A DNA stretch of 64,000 nucleotides from Vulcanimicrobiota bacterium (GTDB taxonomy: Bacteria > Vulcanimicrobiota > Vulcanimicrobiia > Vulcanimicrobiales > Vulcanimicrobiaceae): positions 992,001 through 1,056,000 of the forward strand of contig CAWETW010000003.1 in assembly GCA_963812155.1 (NCBI GenBank), written 5' to 3'. Each line of letters starts with the position of its first letter. Position 1 is the stretch's first letter. Below are positions 39,262 through 48,555 of the stretch, piece after piece. A program made the translations under genes and the position numbers. Under the pieces are notes generated by a model, which saw nothing but the letters and a program-made list of their open reading frames with translations, was not told where the DNA came from and ran no database searches.

Positions 39262-41625
39262 TTAGAGGAGGCCGAGGCGACGCGCGATGGCGACCGCTTC
39301 GAGGGTGTTGCCCGCGCCGAGTTTGCCGATGATGGACCGGCGTTGATTTTTGATGGTATGGACCGAACGCCCGGTCAGCGAGGCGATGCGCGGCGCGTCC
39401 ATGCCGGAAGCCAGATAGGAAAGTACCGAGAGCTCGGCGCGCGAGAGGGTCGAGCGCTGGCGATCGAGGCCGCAGGCGTCGGCCATCATCGCGATGCCGG
39501 CAAAGCCCGACGAACGCATGGCGTCGGCGTAGCTTGCGATGTCGTGCTGCGCGGCAAAGCGCCGCGCGGCCCCAACGAAGACTTCACCAATGGCCGTCGA
39601 GGCTTCGCACTGGAGCCGGGCCGAGGCCGACGCGGGCCGGCGCAGCAGCACCTCGGCCATGGCGGCGAACGACGAGGCCATCTCGGCGTGGGCGATCGCG
39701 AAGGGGTCGGGCGCGGCCGGGGCCGCGAGCGAAAACTGGCGGAGCAACTCCGAGCCCCGTTCGGACGCGCCCGCGGCGCATGCGAGGAACGCGCCTAAGC
39801 CCAGAGGCAAGCGCTGCATCTGTGGCGGGGCGGCGCAGGCGAAGGCGGCGAGCCGGTCGACTGCCGGCAGCAGTTGTCCGTTCCAGCCGTCGACGATCGA
39901 CCGGCAGACGGCGTAGGTCTCCATGCCGAGCCAGTCGGGGCCGATGCGCCGGATGGCTTCATCGTAGGCTGCAGCGCGCGCGGCCCGGCCCGCCAGGACT
40001 TCGATTTCAAAGGCGGCGACGAGGTCCGAGGCGCGCTCGGTCGGGTCACCCACGAGTTCTTGGAGCGCGATGAGCCGGCCGGAATGGACGGCCGCGAGAT
40101 CCACGTTCGCGCGCAGCGTCGCAATCGCGTAACGGATTTTCAAGGCGCGCACTTCCAGCAGCACCGAGCCGCCGGCTCGGGCCGCGTCTTCGCCGCGGGA
40201 CGCGAGGCCCTCGGCTTCGTCGAGGGCATTGTTGCGCGCCGCATGGAGCGCGCCGTAGATGGCTGCGCGAGCGACGAGCCGCGGTTCGCCGCTGCGCGAT
40301 GCGGCATCCGCCGCGGCGGTGAGGTGGCCTCGATCGGCCGTAATGTGTCCGAGCAGACAGGCGCGCAGGACGATCGTATCGGCATCCTCGGGCGTCATAG
40401 ACAAGAGCGCCTCAACCGCATTCGGGCCACGCGCGGTGTGTGCCATCGAACGCGCGAGGCGGACGGCGGCCGCGGGCGCGCGGCGGGAGGCTTCGCTCAG
40501 AACGCCTTCGGCGACGATCGCCGCCTCCTCGAACTGCGAGGCGAAGGTGAGCAAGAAGCAGCGCGCGGCGGTGCGCGCCGGCGCGGGAATTTCCGGGTGG
40601 GCCGCAAGCCGCTCGAGTGCACCGCGGTCGAAGCGCTCGAAGAGCGGCGCGAGGAGGCTCCAGCCGCGTTCGGCCAAAACGTGCGGCGCTTCGGCCGCCA
40701 GCAGCCCGAAGACCGCCGAAGGATCGGCGTGGTCGAGCGTCATCGCCTCGGCAACGGCCGCGCGTTCGGCGGGATCGGCGGCCTTGTGCACTGCCGCGAC
40801 GACCACCTCGTGCAATCCCGACTCCGATTCGGGGAAACCCAAGCGGCGCGCGACGCGCAACTGTTCGGCCGACGGGCGAATTCCGTGTGTGCCGGCGATG
40901 GCCGCCGCGATTAAGGCAATCCGTTCGGGGGGCGCCATTTCGGCCAGGGTCGAGGCGGCCACCGACGCGACGCCGTCGCCGAGTTGCGCGAGAACCTGTT
41001 CCGGCGTGCAGCCGCGCCGCAGCAACGACGCCCCGAGCGTCGCCGCGATCGGCCATCCGCCGTAAGCGGAGACGATCGTCGTCGCCAGCGTCCGCGCGTC
41101 GGGTGCGTCGCCGAGCACCTCGAGCACCTGTTCGGTGCGAAACGCCAGCGTATCGGGACCGAACGGCATGCCGATCAATCCCCGCGCCATCCACGAGCCG
41201 ACCGAAAAGGAAGCCATGGAACGCCCGATGAGCACGAGATGCGGGTCTTCCGCGTCGACCAGTGCTTCGACTAAACGCAAGCCTTCGGGATCGAGACGCT
41301 GCACGTCGTCGACGAGCAACGAACAGCGCGGCGGCACGGCGGAAAGAATGGATCGAATCGCACCGTCGGCGTCGCCGGCTAAACGCGCGACGATGCTGCC
41401 GGCGTCCTCGGCGCTCAAGCCAAGCGCGTGCAAAAGCGCACGATGAAACGATCCCGGGCGCGAACCCGCCGGAACCTCAATATAATGCGCGTTTGGAAAC
41501 GCCGCGCGCACGGCGGTTGTTTTGCCCCAACCGGGACCGGCTTCCACGAGTAAAACTCGCTCGTGAAGAAACGCCGCCCGCAGCGCTCGGACCGCCCCGG
41601 TTTCAACCCTCGCCCGTTCCTCCAG
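39262..41625 (-). CDS. MalT/LAL-type regulator: P-loop ATPase, helical sensor region, LuxR HTH
   Basis: Walker A GPGWGKT, Walker B LLVDD, GGWP motif, C-terminal LSRAELSVL...TIKNQRRSIIGKLG; CTG 41625 start proposed (GGAGGT RBS), alternative GTG 41547. Confidence 0.85.
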   Translation of the reverse strand: MEERARVETGAVRALRAAFLHERVLLVEAGPGWGKTTAVRAAFPNAHYIEVPAGSRPGSFHRALLHALGLSAEDAGSIVARLAGDADGAIRSILSAVPPRCSLLVDDVQRLDPEGLRLVEALVDAEDPHLVLIGRSMASFSVGSWMARGLIGMPFGPDTLAFRTEQVLEVLGDAPDARTLATTIVSAYGGWPIAATLGASLLRRGCTPEQVLAQLGDGVASVAASTLAEMAPPERIALIAAAIAGTHGIRPSAEQLRVARRLGFPESESGLHEVVVAAVHKAADPAERAAVAEAMTLDHADPSAVFGLLAAEAPHVLAERGWSLLAPLFERFDRGALERLAAHPEIPAPARTAARCFLLTFASQFEEAAIVAEGVLSEASRRAPAAAVRLARSMAHTARGPNAVEALLSMTPEDADTIVLRACLLGHITADRGHLTAAADAASRSGEPRLVARAAIYGALHAARNNALDEAEGLASRGEDAARAGGSVLLEVRALKIRYAIATLRANVDLAAVHSGRLIALQELVGDPTERASDLVAAFEIEVLAGRAARAAAYDEAIRRIGPDWLGMETYAVCRSIVDGWNGQLLPAVDRLAAFACAAPPQMQRLPLGLGAFLACAAGASERGSELLRQFSLAAPAAPDPFAIAHAEMASSFAAMAEVLLRRPASASARLQCEASTAIGEVFVGAARRFAAQHDIASYADAMRSSGFAGIAMMADACGLDRQRSTLSRAELSVLSYLASGMDAPRIASLTGRSVHTIKNQRRSIIGKLGAGNTLEAVAIARRLGLL

Positions 41626-41698
41626 GTCTACCTCCGGAACTGCCCGATTCTGGGCTGCCCGTCCGGCTCCTTGAAAAAGCGGAGCTTGGTGTGAACAG

Positions 41699-43585
41699 TC
41701 AGCCGCCGGAGACGTCGATCAGAAGTTCGGTTGCCAGCGCGATCAGGAAGCCGGCAGTGATTGTCGTGGTGACCAGCGCGGTGAGGCCGGAACGGCGCAG
41801 CAGCGACCAGAGCTCGCCGATGACGAAGACGAGCGCGCCGACGGCAGTTGCCAGAAACAGCACCGAAAGCACGGGCGAGTAGAACTGATAACCGACCACC
41901 GTGCCCAAGAAGGTTGGACCGCCGGCAATCAGGCCTGCGACGCCGATTTGAAACCAGGTCGGCACGAAGCGGCCGACGAGCGGCGCGGCGATCCCGAAGC
42001 CTTCGGTCGCATTGTGCAGCGCGAAGCCGACGATGAGCGCGACGGCGATGGCCGTCGAACCGGCCGCGGCCGACGCGCCGATTGCCAAACCTTCGCCGAA
42101 GTTATGCGCGCCGATACCGATCGCGACGATCGTCGACAGCAACAGCGGATTCTCGGCATGCTGGGCGGCGTTGCGCGTGAGGTGCGTGGCGACACTTCCC
42201 AGTCCGACCAGCCCGACCAACAGGCCGATGATGAAGACTGCGACGGTCGTGAACGGGAACGGCTGCGTGCCTGCGTGCCAGGCGTTGACGTTTTGCACGA
42301 TGGGTGCGATGGCGTTCTGTGCAATTTCTACGACGAGGTAGAGCAGAATGCCGATGGCGAGCGCGTTGAGCAACGCAATCGTCTGCATCGATACCCGCCG
42401 TGCACGCGCGATCGGGAGACCGAGGAAGATCGTAAAGCCGGCGATGGCGCCGAGAACGATCGTCATCCCGAAGCTCAGCGGTTTGGGCGCCGAAGCGTTC
42501 ATGGCGGGCATCATTGCGTCGTACATGCTGGCGATCGTGTTCGGCGTACCGGCGTAGTGAATCGCGGTAACTAAACCATCGGGCATGCCTCGCCCGTCTT
42601 CGACGTGATCGAGGACGTGGCAATGCAGCAGCCACGTCCCGGGTTTTGCATCGGCTTTCACGACGACGTCGATGCGCTGTCCAGGCGCGAGCATCACGGT
42701 ATCTTCTAGTTCGGGAGCGCTCACCGGCTGCGCGTCACGCGCGACGATTTGCTGATAGTGGCCGTGCGTATGCATCGTGTGAAAGTTTTCGGCCGAGATA
42801 TTGACCCAGCGTATGCGAAAACGTTCGCCCGCTTTTACGTCGAGCGTTTGCGCGAGCGGATACTCTTTGCCGTTGAGCGTGAACTCATCTTCGGCCGCGC
42901 TTTGAATCTGCCAGGAGGAAAGTATCTCGAGGAAGTCGCCGCCGAGATTGCGTTCGTAAGGGAGCGGATGCGACGGCTTGACGACGATCGCGCCGTAGAG
43001 CCCGGAGTTGAGCATCGCTTCCTGATCGTGCGAGTGATAGATGAACGTGCCAGGCGTGTCGGCGACGAAGCGGTAGACGAAGTGTCCGCCGTGCGGCACG
43101 AGCTGCTGCGAAATTCCAGCGACGCCGTCCATAGAAACGGGAATGTCGTGGATGCCGTGCAGATGCACCGTGTCGGGCGTGACGTCGTCGTTGGCGTAGT
43201 CAATGACGACCGTATCGCCTTGGTTCACAACGATGGCCGGCCCGGGAACGACCCCGTTGTAGGTGTTGGCCATTACCGTCAATCCCGGCTTGAGCGTCCA
43301 GGGCGCGGCGCGCTCGACGATGTGGAACGTTTTCGTGCGGCCTTGGACTTGTGGGATCGCTTGGTAGGCGCCGTCCGGGCGCCGGGACGTGCGCGATTCG
43401 CCGGGAGCCGGCGTCGCTACGGGAATCGGGCCGCGGATCGGTTGCAAACCGAGCGTCGTGGAGTTGGCGCTCGGAACCTCGTCGGCGTCGGCCCGCGCGG
43501 GGACCGGCGCGAAGGCTGCCGCGGACAAAGACGGCGAGGAGACAACGCGAGCAGCCAATGGCTTGCAGAGCCGGCAGAAAGGCAT
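41699..43585 (-). CDS. two-domain multicopper oxidase fused to a ZIP family metal transporter
   Basis: HLH, HSH, HTMHTH and HCHVLDH copper motifs; Met-rich linker; multi-TM domain with HNFGEG and HNATEG. Confidence 0.85.
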   Translation of the reverse strand: MPFCRLCKPLAARVVSSPSLSAAAFAPVPARADADEVPSANSTTLGLQPIRGPIPVATPAPGESRTSRRPDGAYQAIPQVQGRTKTFHIVERAAPWTLKPGLTVMANTYNGVVPGPAIVVNQGDTVVIDYANDDVTPDTVHLHGIHDIPVSMDGVAGISQQLVPHGGHFVYRFVADTPGTFIYHSHDQEAMLNSGLYGAIVVKPSHPLPYERNLGGDFLEILSSWQIQSAAEDEFTLNGKEYPLAQTLDVKAGERFRIRWVNISAENFHTMHTHGHYQQIVARDAQPVSAPELEDTVMLAPGQRIDVVVKADAKPGTWLLHCHVLDHVEDGRGMPDGLVTAIHYAGTPNTIASMYDAMMPAMNASAPKPLSFGMTIVLGAIAGFTIFLGLPIARARRVSMQTIALLNALAIGILLYLVVEIAQNAIAPIVQNVNAWHAGTQPFPFTTVAVFIIGLLVGLVGLGSVATHLTRNAAQHAENPLLLSTIVAIGIGAHNFGEGLAIGASAAAGSTAIAVALIVGFALHNATEGFGIAAPLVGRFVPTWFQIGVAGLIAGGPTFLGTVVGYQFYSPVLSVLFLATAVGALVFVIGELWSLLRRSGLTALVTTTITAGFLIALATELLIDVSGG

Positions 43586-43679
43586 TTAGGTACGCCTAAC
43601 CTTGGGTCGAGCCTTCTCCTAAGACCTCCTCACTTGCCGGGCGTTCGCCCGCAAACCCACGCTTGCGCAAGAACTCAGG

Positions 43680-44150
43680 ATGTTGCCCATAAAGAGGGTC
43701 ACTGCAGTGGGCGAAAGGATAGATTCGCTCGCCAGAAAGAGGCCAACCGTGCCCCCGAGCCCCCCACCTGAAATTCAGAGCCTGATCGACCACCACATTA
43801 GCGGCTTCAACAGCCAGAACTCCGAGATGTTCCACCAAGTCTTTAGCGATACAGCCGTTATCATTGACGGCATAGCACCCTATCGCTGGCTGAACCCCAA
43901 TGCTCCGGCCAACTGGCTTGCCGACGTAGAGAAATGGCGTCAGGGCCTTGGCGTGACGTACGAGCACATATCCTACAAAATGGGCTTCTGGAACGTAGAG
44001 GGCTCCTATGCTTACGCCGTGATCGACGGAACGCTCACCGTAACGATAGGCGGCCAGACCACCGCTCGAACCGGGACTCTCGCGTACACGTTTTCCAAGC
44101 ACGGGTCGGAGTGGAAGATCGACGCCCAAGCCTGGGGCCGAACGTCCTAG
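43680..44150 (+). CDS. NTF2/SnoaL-like fold protein
   Basis: Helix plus mixed-strand pattern ending TFSKHGSEWKIDAQAWG; true start may be the GTG at 43749. Confidence 0.7.
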   Translation: MLPIKRVTAVGERIDSLARKRPTVPPSPPPEIQSLIDHHISGFNSQNSEMFHQVFSDTAVIIDGIAPYRWLNPNAPANWLADVEKWRQGLGVTYEHISYKMGFWNVEGSYAYAVIDGTLTVTIGGQTTARTGTLAYTFSKHGSEWKIDAQAWGRTS

Positions 44151-44153
44151 CTT

Positions 44154-45339
44154 CTATCTGAGTTCGATGACTGGGAACGTCGCGGACTTCGTTGCGCCGG
44201 CGCCGGTCCACGTTATCGCGATAGGACGGCGCGCTTCGAGTAGCGCGTCCCAGGTGCGGTAATTCATTTCGGACGCCGGACGGCCGTTGATGGTAGCGAT
44301 AACGTCGCCAGAACGCATGCCAAGTCGTGCCGGCTGCATATCCGGTGTTACGAATCGAACGAGGCGTTCGTCACCAAACGTTACGGAGAATCCGGGCGTG
44401 AGCAGTGCCGGGAACCTGAAATTGGTTTCCTTGAAACCGAGGCTGAAACGCGACTCGTCGATCGGCGCGATCGAACTCGACGTTGAATTGATCGATGACC
44501 GGCATTCCGATGTCGGGAACGGGCAGCGAGTCGTTGATGCCGATAGCCGGCTGTCGTGAAAGCATCGGACCGAGGTTGAGAACGCCGTTTACCGTCGTGA
44601 TGTTAGTTTGCGTGACGCCGGTTTCGCCGTTGACGACCGTGGCTGCTGGTACGGGTGCGTGCGCGAACGTCAGGTCTTTGACGTTGGCGGCGGTCGCTTC
44701 CCACGCGTAGGCGTCGTCGCCGGTATCGACCAGCGTCGGCAACGTTAGCGAGCCGATCCTCAGGTCCACGTTCGGAATGCGGGCAATCAACGTGTACGGC
44801 AGCCAAAAGGCGTTGGGCAGCGGCACGGCGCTTTTGCTTACGATCAACGTTGACGTCGAAAAGTCGAAATCGAGATACGACGTGCCGAAGGCATTGAATC
44901 CGAGAATGCCGTCGACGTCGTCTCCGTCTCCGATTGCGGCGTAGTAGTCGCGCATCGATATTCCCGCGACTCGGACCTCGTCTGCACGGACGATGGCATG
45001 ATGGCCCGCCACTTGACTGACGATCTGCACTCCCGCTGCGCGGACGACTTTCGTGCTGAAAATCGTTACACTCGCACCCGTGTCGAAAAGGAACGTAAAC
45101 GGACCGCGGCCGTTAACGAATACCGTTACGTAGGGCGACCGGTAGTGTCCAAACCAGTCGGTTCCCGTCAACGGGATTCGCGCCGGATCCGCAGACCAGA
45201 CGATCGTCTTAGCGCCTTGCAGGTACGCCTGATGGATCGCCTCGGAAATCTCGGCTCCTGCCGCGCGATTCGCGGGAACGAAGCACGAGAGCAGTATCGC
45301 GATTCCGGTTGCGAGTAGCCGGCCGGCGATGCGGTGCAT
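44154..45339 (-). CDS. secreted double retropepsin-like aspartyl protease with C-terminal PDZ domain, apparent indel near 44405
   Basis: FLFDTGAS and LVDTGDD motifs, DGILG; PDZ-like GMRSGDVIATING continues in another frame. Confidence 0.75.
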
Positions 45340-45410
45340 GACCCTAGATTATCAAATATTTAGGGCTTTTGATATCTCTTTTAGAGCGCGGGGCAGACGG
45401 CAGTGTTAGG

Positions 45411-46745
45411 ATGACGCCGATGATACCGAGCGTTCGAATCCGGTTCGCCGCATGCGCCGCTGTCTGGGCGGCGTCCGCGGGAATTGCACCTTCGGGCGCG
45501 GAGCCGGCGGCGATGTTTCGCGTGGATGCAGCGCACTCTGGCGTCTACGCGTCGGCGGCGCCCTCGCTAAAATCGGTACGGTGGCGTTTTCACGCGGGCG
45601 GCGCGATCGTTTCGTCGTCCGTTGTTTCCGACGGCGCCGTGTACGCCGGCAGCAACGACGGCAACTTGTACGCAGTGCGCCGGAGTAACGGCACGCGGCT
45701 GTGGCGGTTTGCAACCGGTGGCGCGGTAACGTCTTCGCCGGCGCTCTCCGGCGGCGCGGTTTACTTTGCGAGCGCCGACGGCTACGTCTATGCCGTGGAC
45801 GCGAGAACTGGGACGCCGCGCTGGCGGTTCAAGACCGGCGGCGAGCGGCGCTTTGCAGCGCCCGGGATACACGGAATCAAGCCGGCCAACCAAATGATGG
45901 CCGATCCCTTCGACATGTTCGTTTCGTCGCCGGCGATCGCGGATGGAACGGTCTACATCGGCAGCGGCGACCACAACGTCTACGCACTGGACGCGCGCAC
46001 CGGCACCGAGCGCTGGCGCTTTGCGACGGGCGACGTCGTCCACTCGTCGCCGGCCGTTGCGAACGGCATCGTCTATATCGGAAGCTGGGACCGGAACTTC
46101 TACGCGCTCGATGCGGCGACCGGAAAACTTCGCTGGAAATTCCTGACCGGCGACGATCGAAAGATTCATAACCAAATCGGCATTCAGAGTTCGGCTTCGG
46201 TGGCGAACGGGATTGTCTATTTCGGATGCCGCGACAGTCATTTGTACGCCTTGGATGCGCGCGACGGCACGCTGCGCTGGAAGCACGACGAAAAGGGGAG
46301 TTGGGTCATCGGGACGCCTGCGGTTTACCATGGCGCGGTTTACTTCACGACCTCCGACGAGCGCGTGTTCTTCGCCGTCGATGCGATAACGGGCAAAACG
46401 CTGTTCCACGATGCCTACGCCTCGTTTTCATTTTCCTCACCGTCGCTCGCCGGCGGCGTCGCCTACTACGGTACGTTCGACGGTACGCTCTACGCCGTCG
46501 ATGCGCGCGACGGGAGGGTCGCGGCGACGTTCCAAACCGACGGCGCGAGAAAGAATCGGGCAGCGCATCTCGATAAAAAGGGCAACCTCGATCTCAACAC
46601 GTTCTATTCGAGTAATACGATCGACGGCATCAGTGCGGGTTTGGCGAAGATTTTCACGCTCGGTTCGATCGTGGGGTCGCCGGCGATTGCCGGCGGCGTA
46701 CTCTACATCGGCAGTACCGACGGCACGTTGTACGCGATCGACTAG
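45411..46745 (+). CDS. PQQ-like/BamB-type beta-propeller repeat protein, secreted
   Basis: Repeated SSPAV..G.VY.GS.D..LYALDA.TG..RW units; signal peptide. Confidence 0.9.
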   Translation: MTPMIPSVRIRFAACAAVWAASAGIAPSGAEPAAMFRVDAAHSGVYASAAPSLKSVRWRFHAGGAIVSSSVVSDGAVYAGSNDGNLYAVRRSNGTRLWRFATGGAVTSSPALSGGAVYFASADGYVYAVDARTGTPRWRFKTGGERRFAAPGIHGIKPANQMMADPFDMFVSSPAIADGTVYIGSGDHNVYALDARTGTERWRFATGDVVHSSPAVANGIVYIGSWDRNFYALDAATGKLRWKFLTGDDRKIHNQIGIQSSASVANGIVYFGCRDSHLYALDARDGTLRWKHDEKGSWVIGTPAVYHGAVYFTTSDERVFFAVDAITGKTLFHDAYASFSFSSPSLAGGVAYYGTFDGTLYAVDARDGRVAATFQTDGARKNRAAHLDKKGNLDLNTFYSSNTIDGISAGLAKIFTLGSIVGSPAIAGGVLYIGSTDGTLYAID

Positions 46746-46757
46746 CAGGCGCACTTC

Positions 46758-47729
46758 GTGACGCCGCCGGGCCGGCATCCGGCGACCGTCGAACCCCCGA
46801 GGGTGCTTTCTTTGGGCGACATTCGGGTTTCGCGTTTCAGGCCGGAGCGAGACTCGTTCCGAGATCTTACGAAACTGCTCAACGCCGCCTATACGAGCTT
46901 GGCGGACGCCGGTTTGAACTACGTCGCCGCCACGCAGGACGTTGCAGTCACGGCCAAGCGCGTCGAGGCCGCCTCGGCATGCTGGGTGGCGCACGCGGGC
47001 GAGAAGTTGGCCGGGACGATTTGTTACTACAATGGCACGCGTGCCGAGGCGGCGCCAGAGTGGTACGCGCGGGAAGAGGTTGGTTATTTCGCACAGTTCG
47101 CCGTCGATCCGGCGCTGCAGGGCTGCGGCATCGGTGCGCTGCTGATGAACGTTGCAGAAGAGCGAGCGTTGGCCGATGGAAACCTGGAGTTTGCCTGCGA
47201 TACCGCCGCGCCCGCTCGACGTCTCGTTCGTTTCTACCATCGAAGAGGATTTCGCGTCGTCGGGAGACATCAATGGGCGCACGCGCGCTACGAGAGCGTC
47301 GTCTTGAGTAAGCGGTTAGGGATTACGATCCGCTCGGCAACGCAAGCAGATTATCCGGCGATTGTGGCTATCTCCGATACGACGCCGTGGGAAAAGGGTG
47401 ACTTTCTGATGCACATGCTGTCGCGCCGTGCCGTCGACGTGGCGTGCGAGGGAGAGCGGATCGCCGGTTTCAACGCCTGGAATCGCGAGTTGTTTTCAAA
47501 GCCGATGATTTGGCTCATCGCCGTGCAGCCGCACGAGCGGGGTAAGGGTATCGGCAGTCTCTTGTTTTCCAAAGCCGAGCGCGATTGCAGCGGCAGCCGG
47601 CTCTACGCGTCGACGAACCGCAGCAACGTCGGAATGCAACGGTTCTACGAACGCCGGGGCTACCGCGCCTGTGGCGAACTCGATCTCGACCCGGGCGATC
47701 CGGAAATGTTCTACTGCATCGATCTATGA
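46758..47729 (+). CDS. tandem GNAT acetyltransferase
   Basis: Two acetyl-CoA motifs (VDPALQGCGIG; VQPHERGKGIG), each followed by FY.RRG[FY]. Confidence 0.85.
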   Translation: MTPPGRHPATVEPPRVLSLGDIRVSRFRPERDSFRDLTKLLNAAYTSLADAGLNYVAATQDVAVTAKRVEAASACWVAHAGEKLAGTICYYNGTRAEAAPEWYAREEVGYFAQFAVDPALQGCGIGALLMNVAEERALADGNLEFACDTAAPARRLVRFYHRRGFRVVGRHQWAHARYESVVLSKRLGITIRSATQADYPAIVAISDTTPWEKGDFLMHMLSRRAVDVACEGERIAGFNAWNRELFSKPMIWLIAVQPHERGKGIGSLLFSKAERDCSGSRLYASTNRSNVGMQRFYERRGYRACGELDLDPGDPEMFYCIDL

Positions 47730-47761
47730 AATCATACCTGAATATTTGTCCTCCGGGCGGC

Positions 47762-47876
47762 GCTTCGACGCCGCTCCCCTTCGACTCGCTACGCTCGCTC
47801 AGGATCGCTTCGCTCAGCGTGACACCTGGTTGGATGCCTTCGCTAGCGTGACACCGGGTTGGATGCTCAGGGTGAG
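47762..47876 (+). repeat. REP-like cluster with internal ~29-bp tandem duplication
   Basis: CCCTTCGACTCGCTACGCTCGCTCAGGAT, then two copies of CTTCGCT(C)AGCGTGACACCKGGTTGGATGC, then TCAGGGTGA. Confidence 0.75.
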
Positions 47877-47904
47877 GCGAGGTTAGTGAAGAAGAGTGGG
47901 GGCG

Positions 47905-48555
47905 ATGAGGGAGCGGTGGGTTTCGTTCGATTGCTTCGGAACGCTGGTCGATTGGCACACGGGATTTCGGCGCATTCTCGAACGCGCGGGGGCGCGCCGT
48001 GCGACGGAAATCGAGGCGGCGTTTCATCGCTGGGAACCGGAGGTCGAAGCCGGCGAGTACCGAGCGTATCGCGAGGTGACGCGGCTCGCGCTCGAGCGCG
48101 CGATGGACGATGTCGCCGATGAGCCGCATCTCTCGGCGACGGCCATCGCCGACAACTGGGAATCTCTTCCGGTGTTCGGGGACGCGCCGCCCGCGTTGCA
48201 GCAGCTTCACGACGAAGGCTGGCATTTGGCCGTGCTCACGAACTGCGACGTGGATCTGTTCGCGCTGACCGCGCCGTCGCTCGGCGTGACGATCGATCGC
48301 GTCGTCACCGCGCAAGACGTGCGCAGTTATAAACCCGCGCTCGGGCATTTCCATCGATTCCGGGAGACGATCGGCGACGTGGCTTGGGTGCACGTGGCCT
48401 GCAGTTGGTTCCACGACATCGCGCCGGCGCGCGCGGTCGGGATTCCTCGCATCTGGGTCGATCGCGACCGCACCGGTGAGGACCCGTCGATCGCGACGCG
48501 CGTCATACCGAATCTCGAGAGCTTGACGACGATTCTCCGCATGGTGATGCGATGA
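47905..48555 (+). CDS. HAD family hydrolase (2-haloacid dehalogenase-like)
   Basis: FDCFGTLVDW, LTNCD, SYKP, HVACSWFHDIAPA motifs. Confidence 0.9.
   Translation: MRERWVSFDCFGTLVDWHTGFRRILERAGARRATEIEAAFHRWEPEVEAGEYRAYREVTRLALERAMDDVADEPHLSATAIADNWESLPVFGDAPPALQQLHDEGWHLAVLTNCDVDLFALTAPSLGVTIDRVVTAQDVRSYKPALGHFHRFRETIGDVAWVHVACSWFHDIAPARAVGIPRIWVDRDRTGEDPSIATRVIPNLESLTTILRMVMR

Noticed and set aside
43490..43585. Apparent lack of a signal peptide on the MCO-ZIP fusion
   Set aside because: Hydrophobic stretches (WLLAL, LLAVFV) appear in neighbouring frames before AAAFAPVPARA-D, so compensating indels in a normal signal peptide are more likely than a cytoplasmic oxidase.
47762..47876. Short tandem repeats as a CRISPR array
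   Set aside because: Only two near-identical units with no unique spacers and no cas genes; the units derive from the REP-like family.
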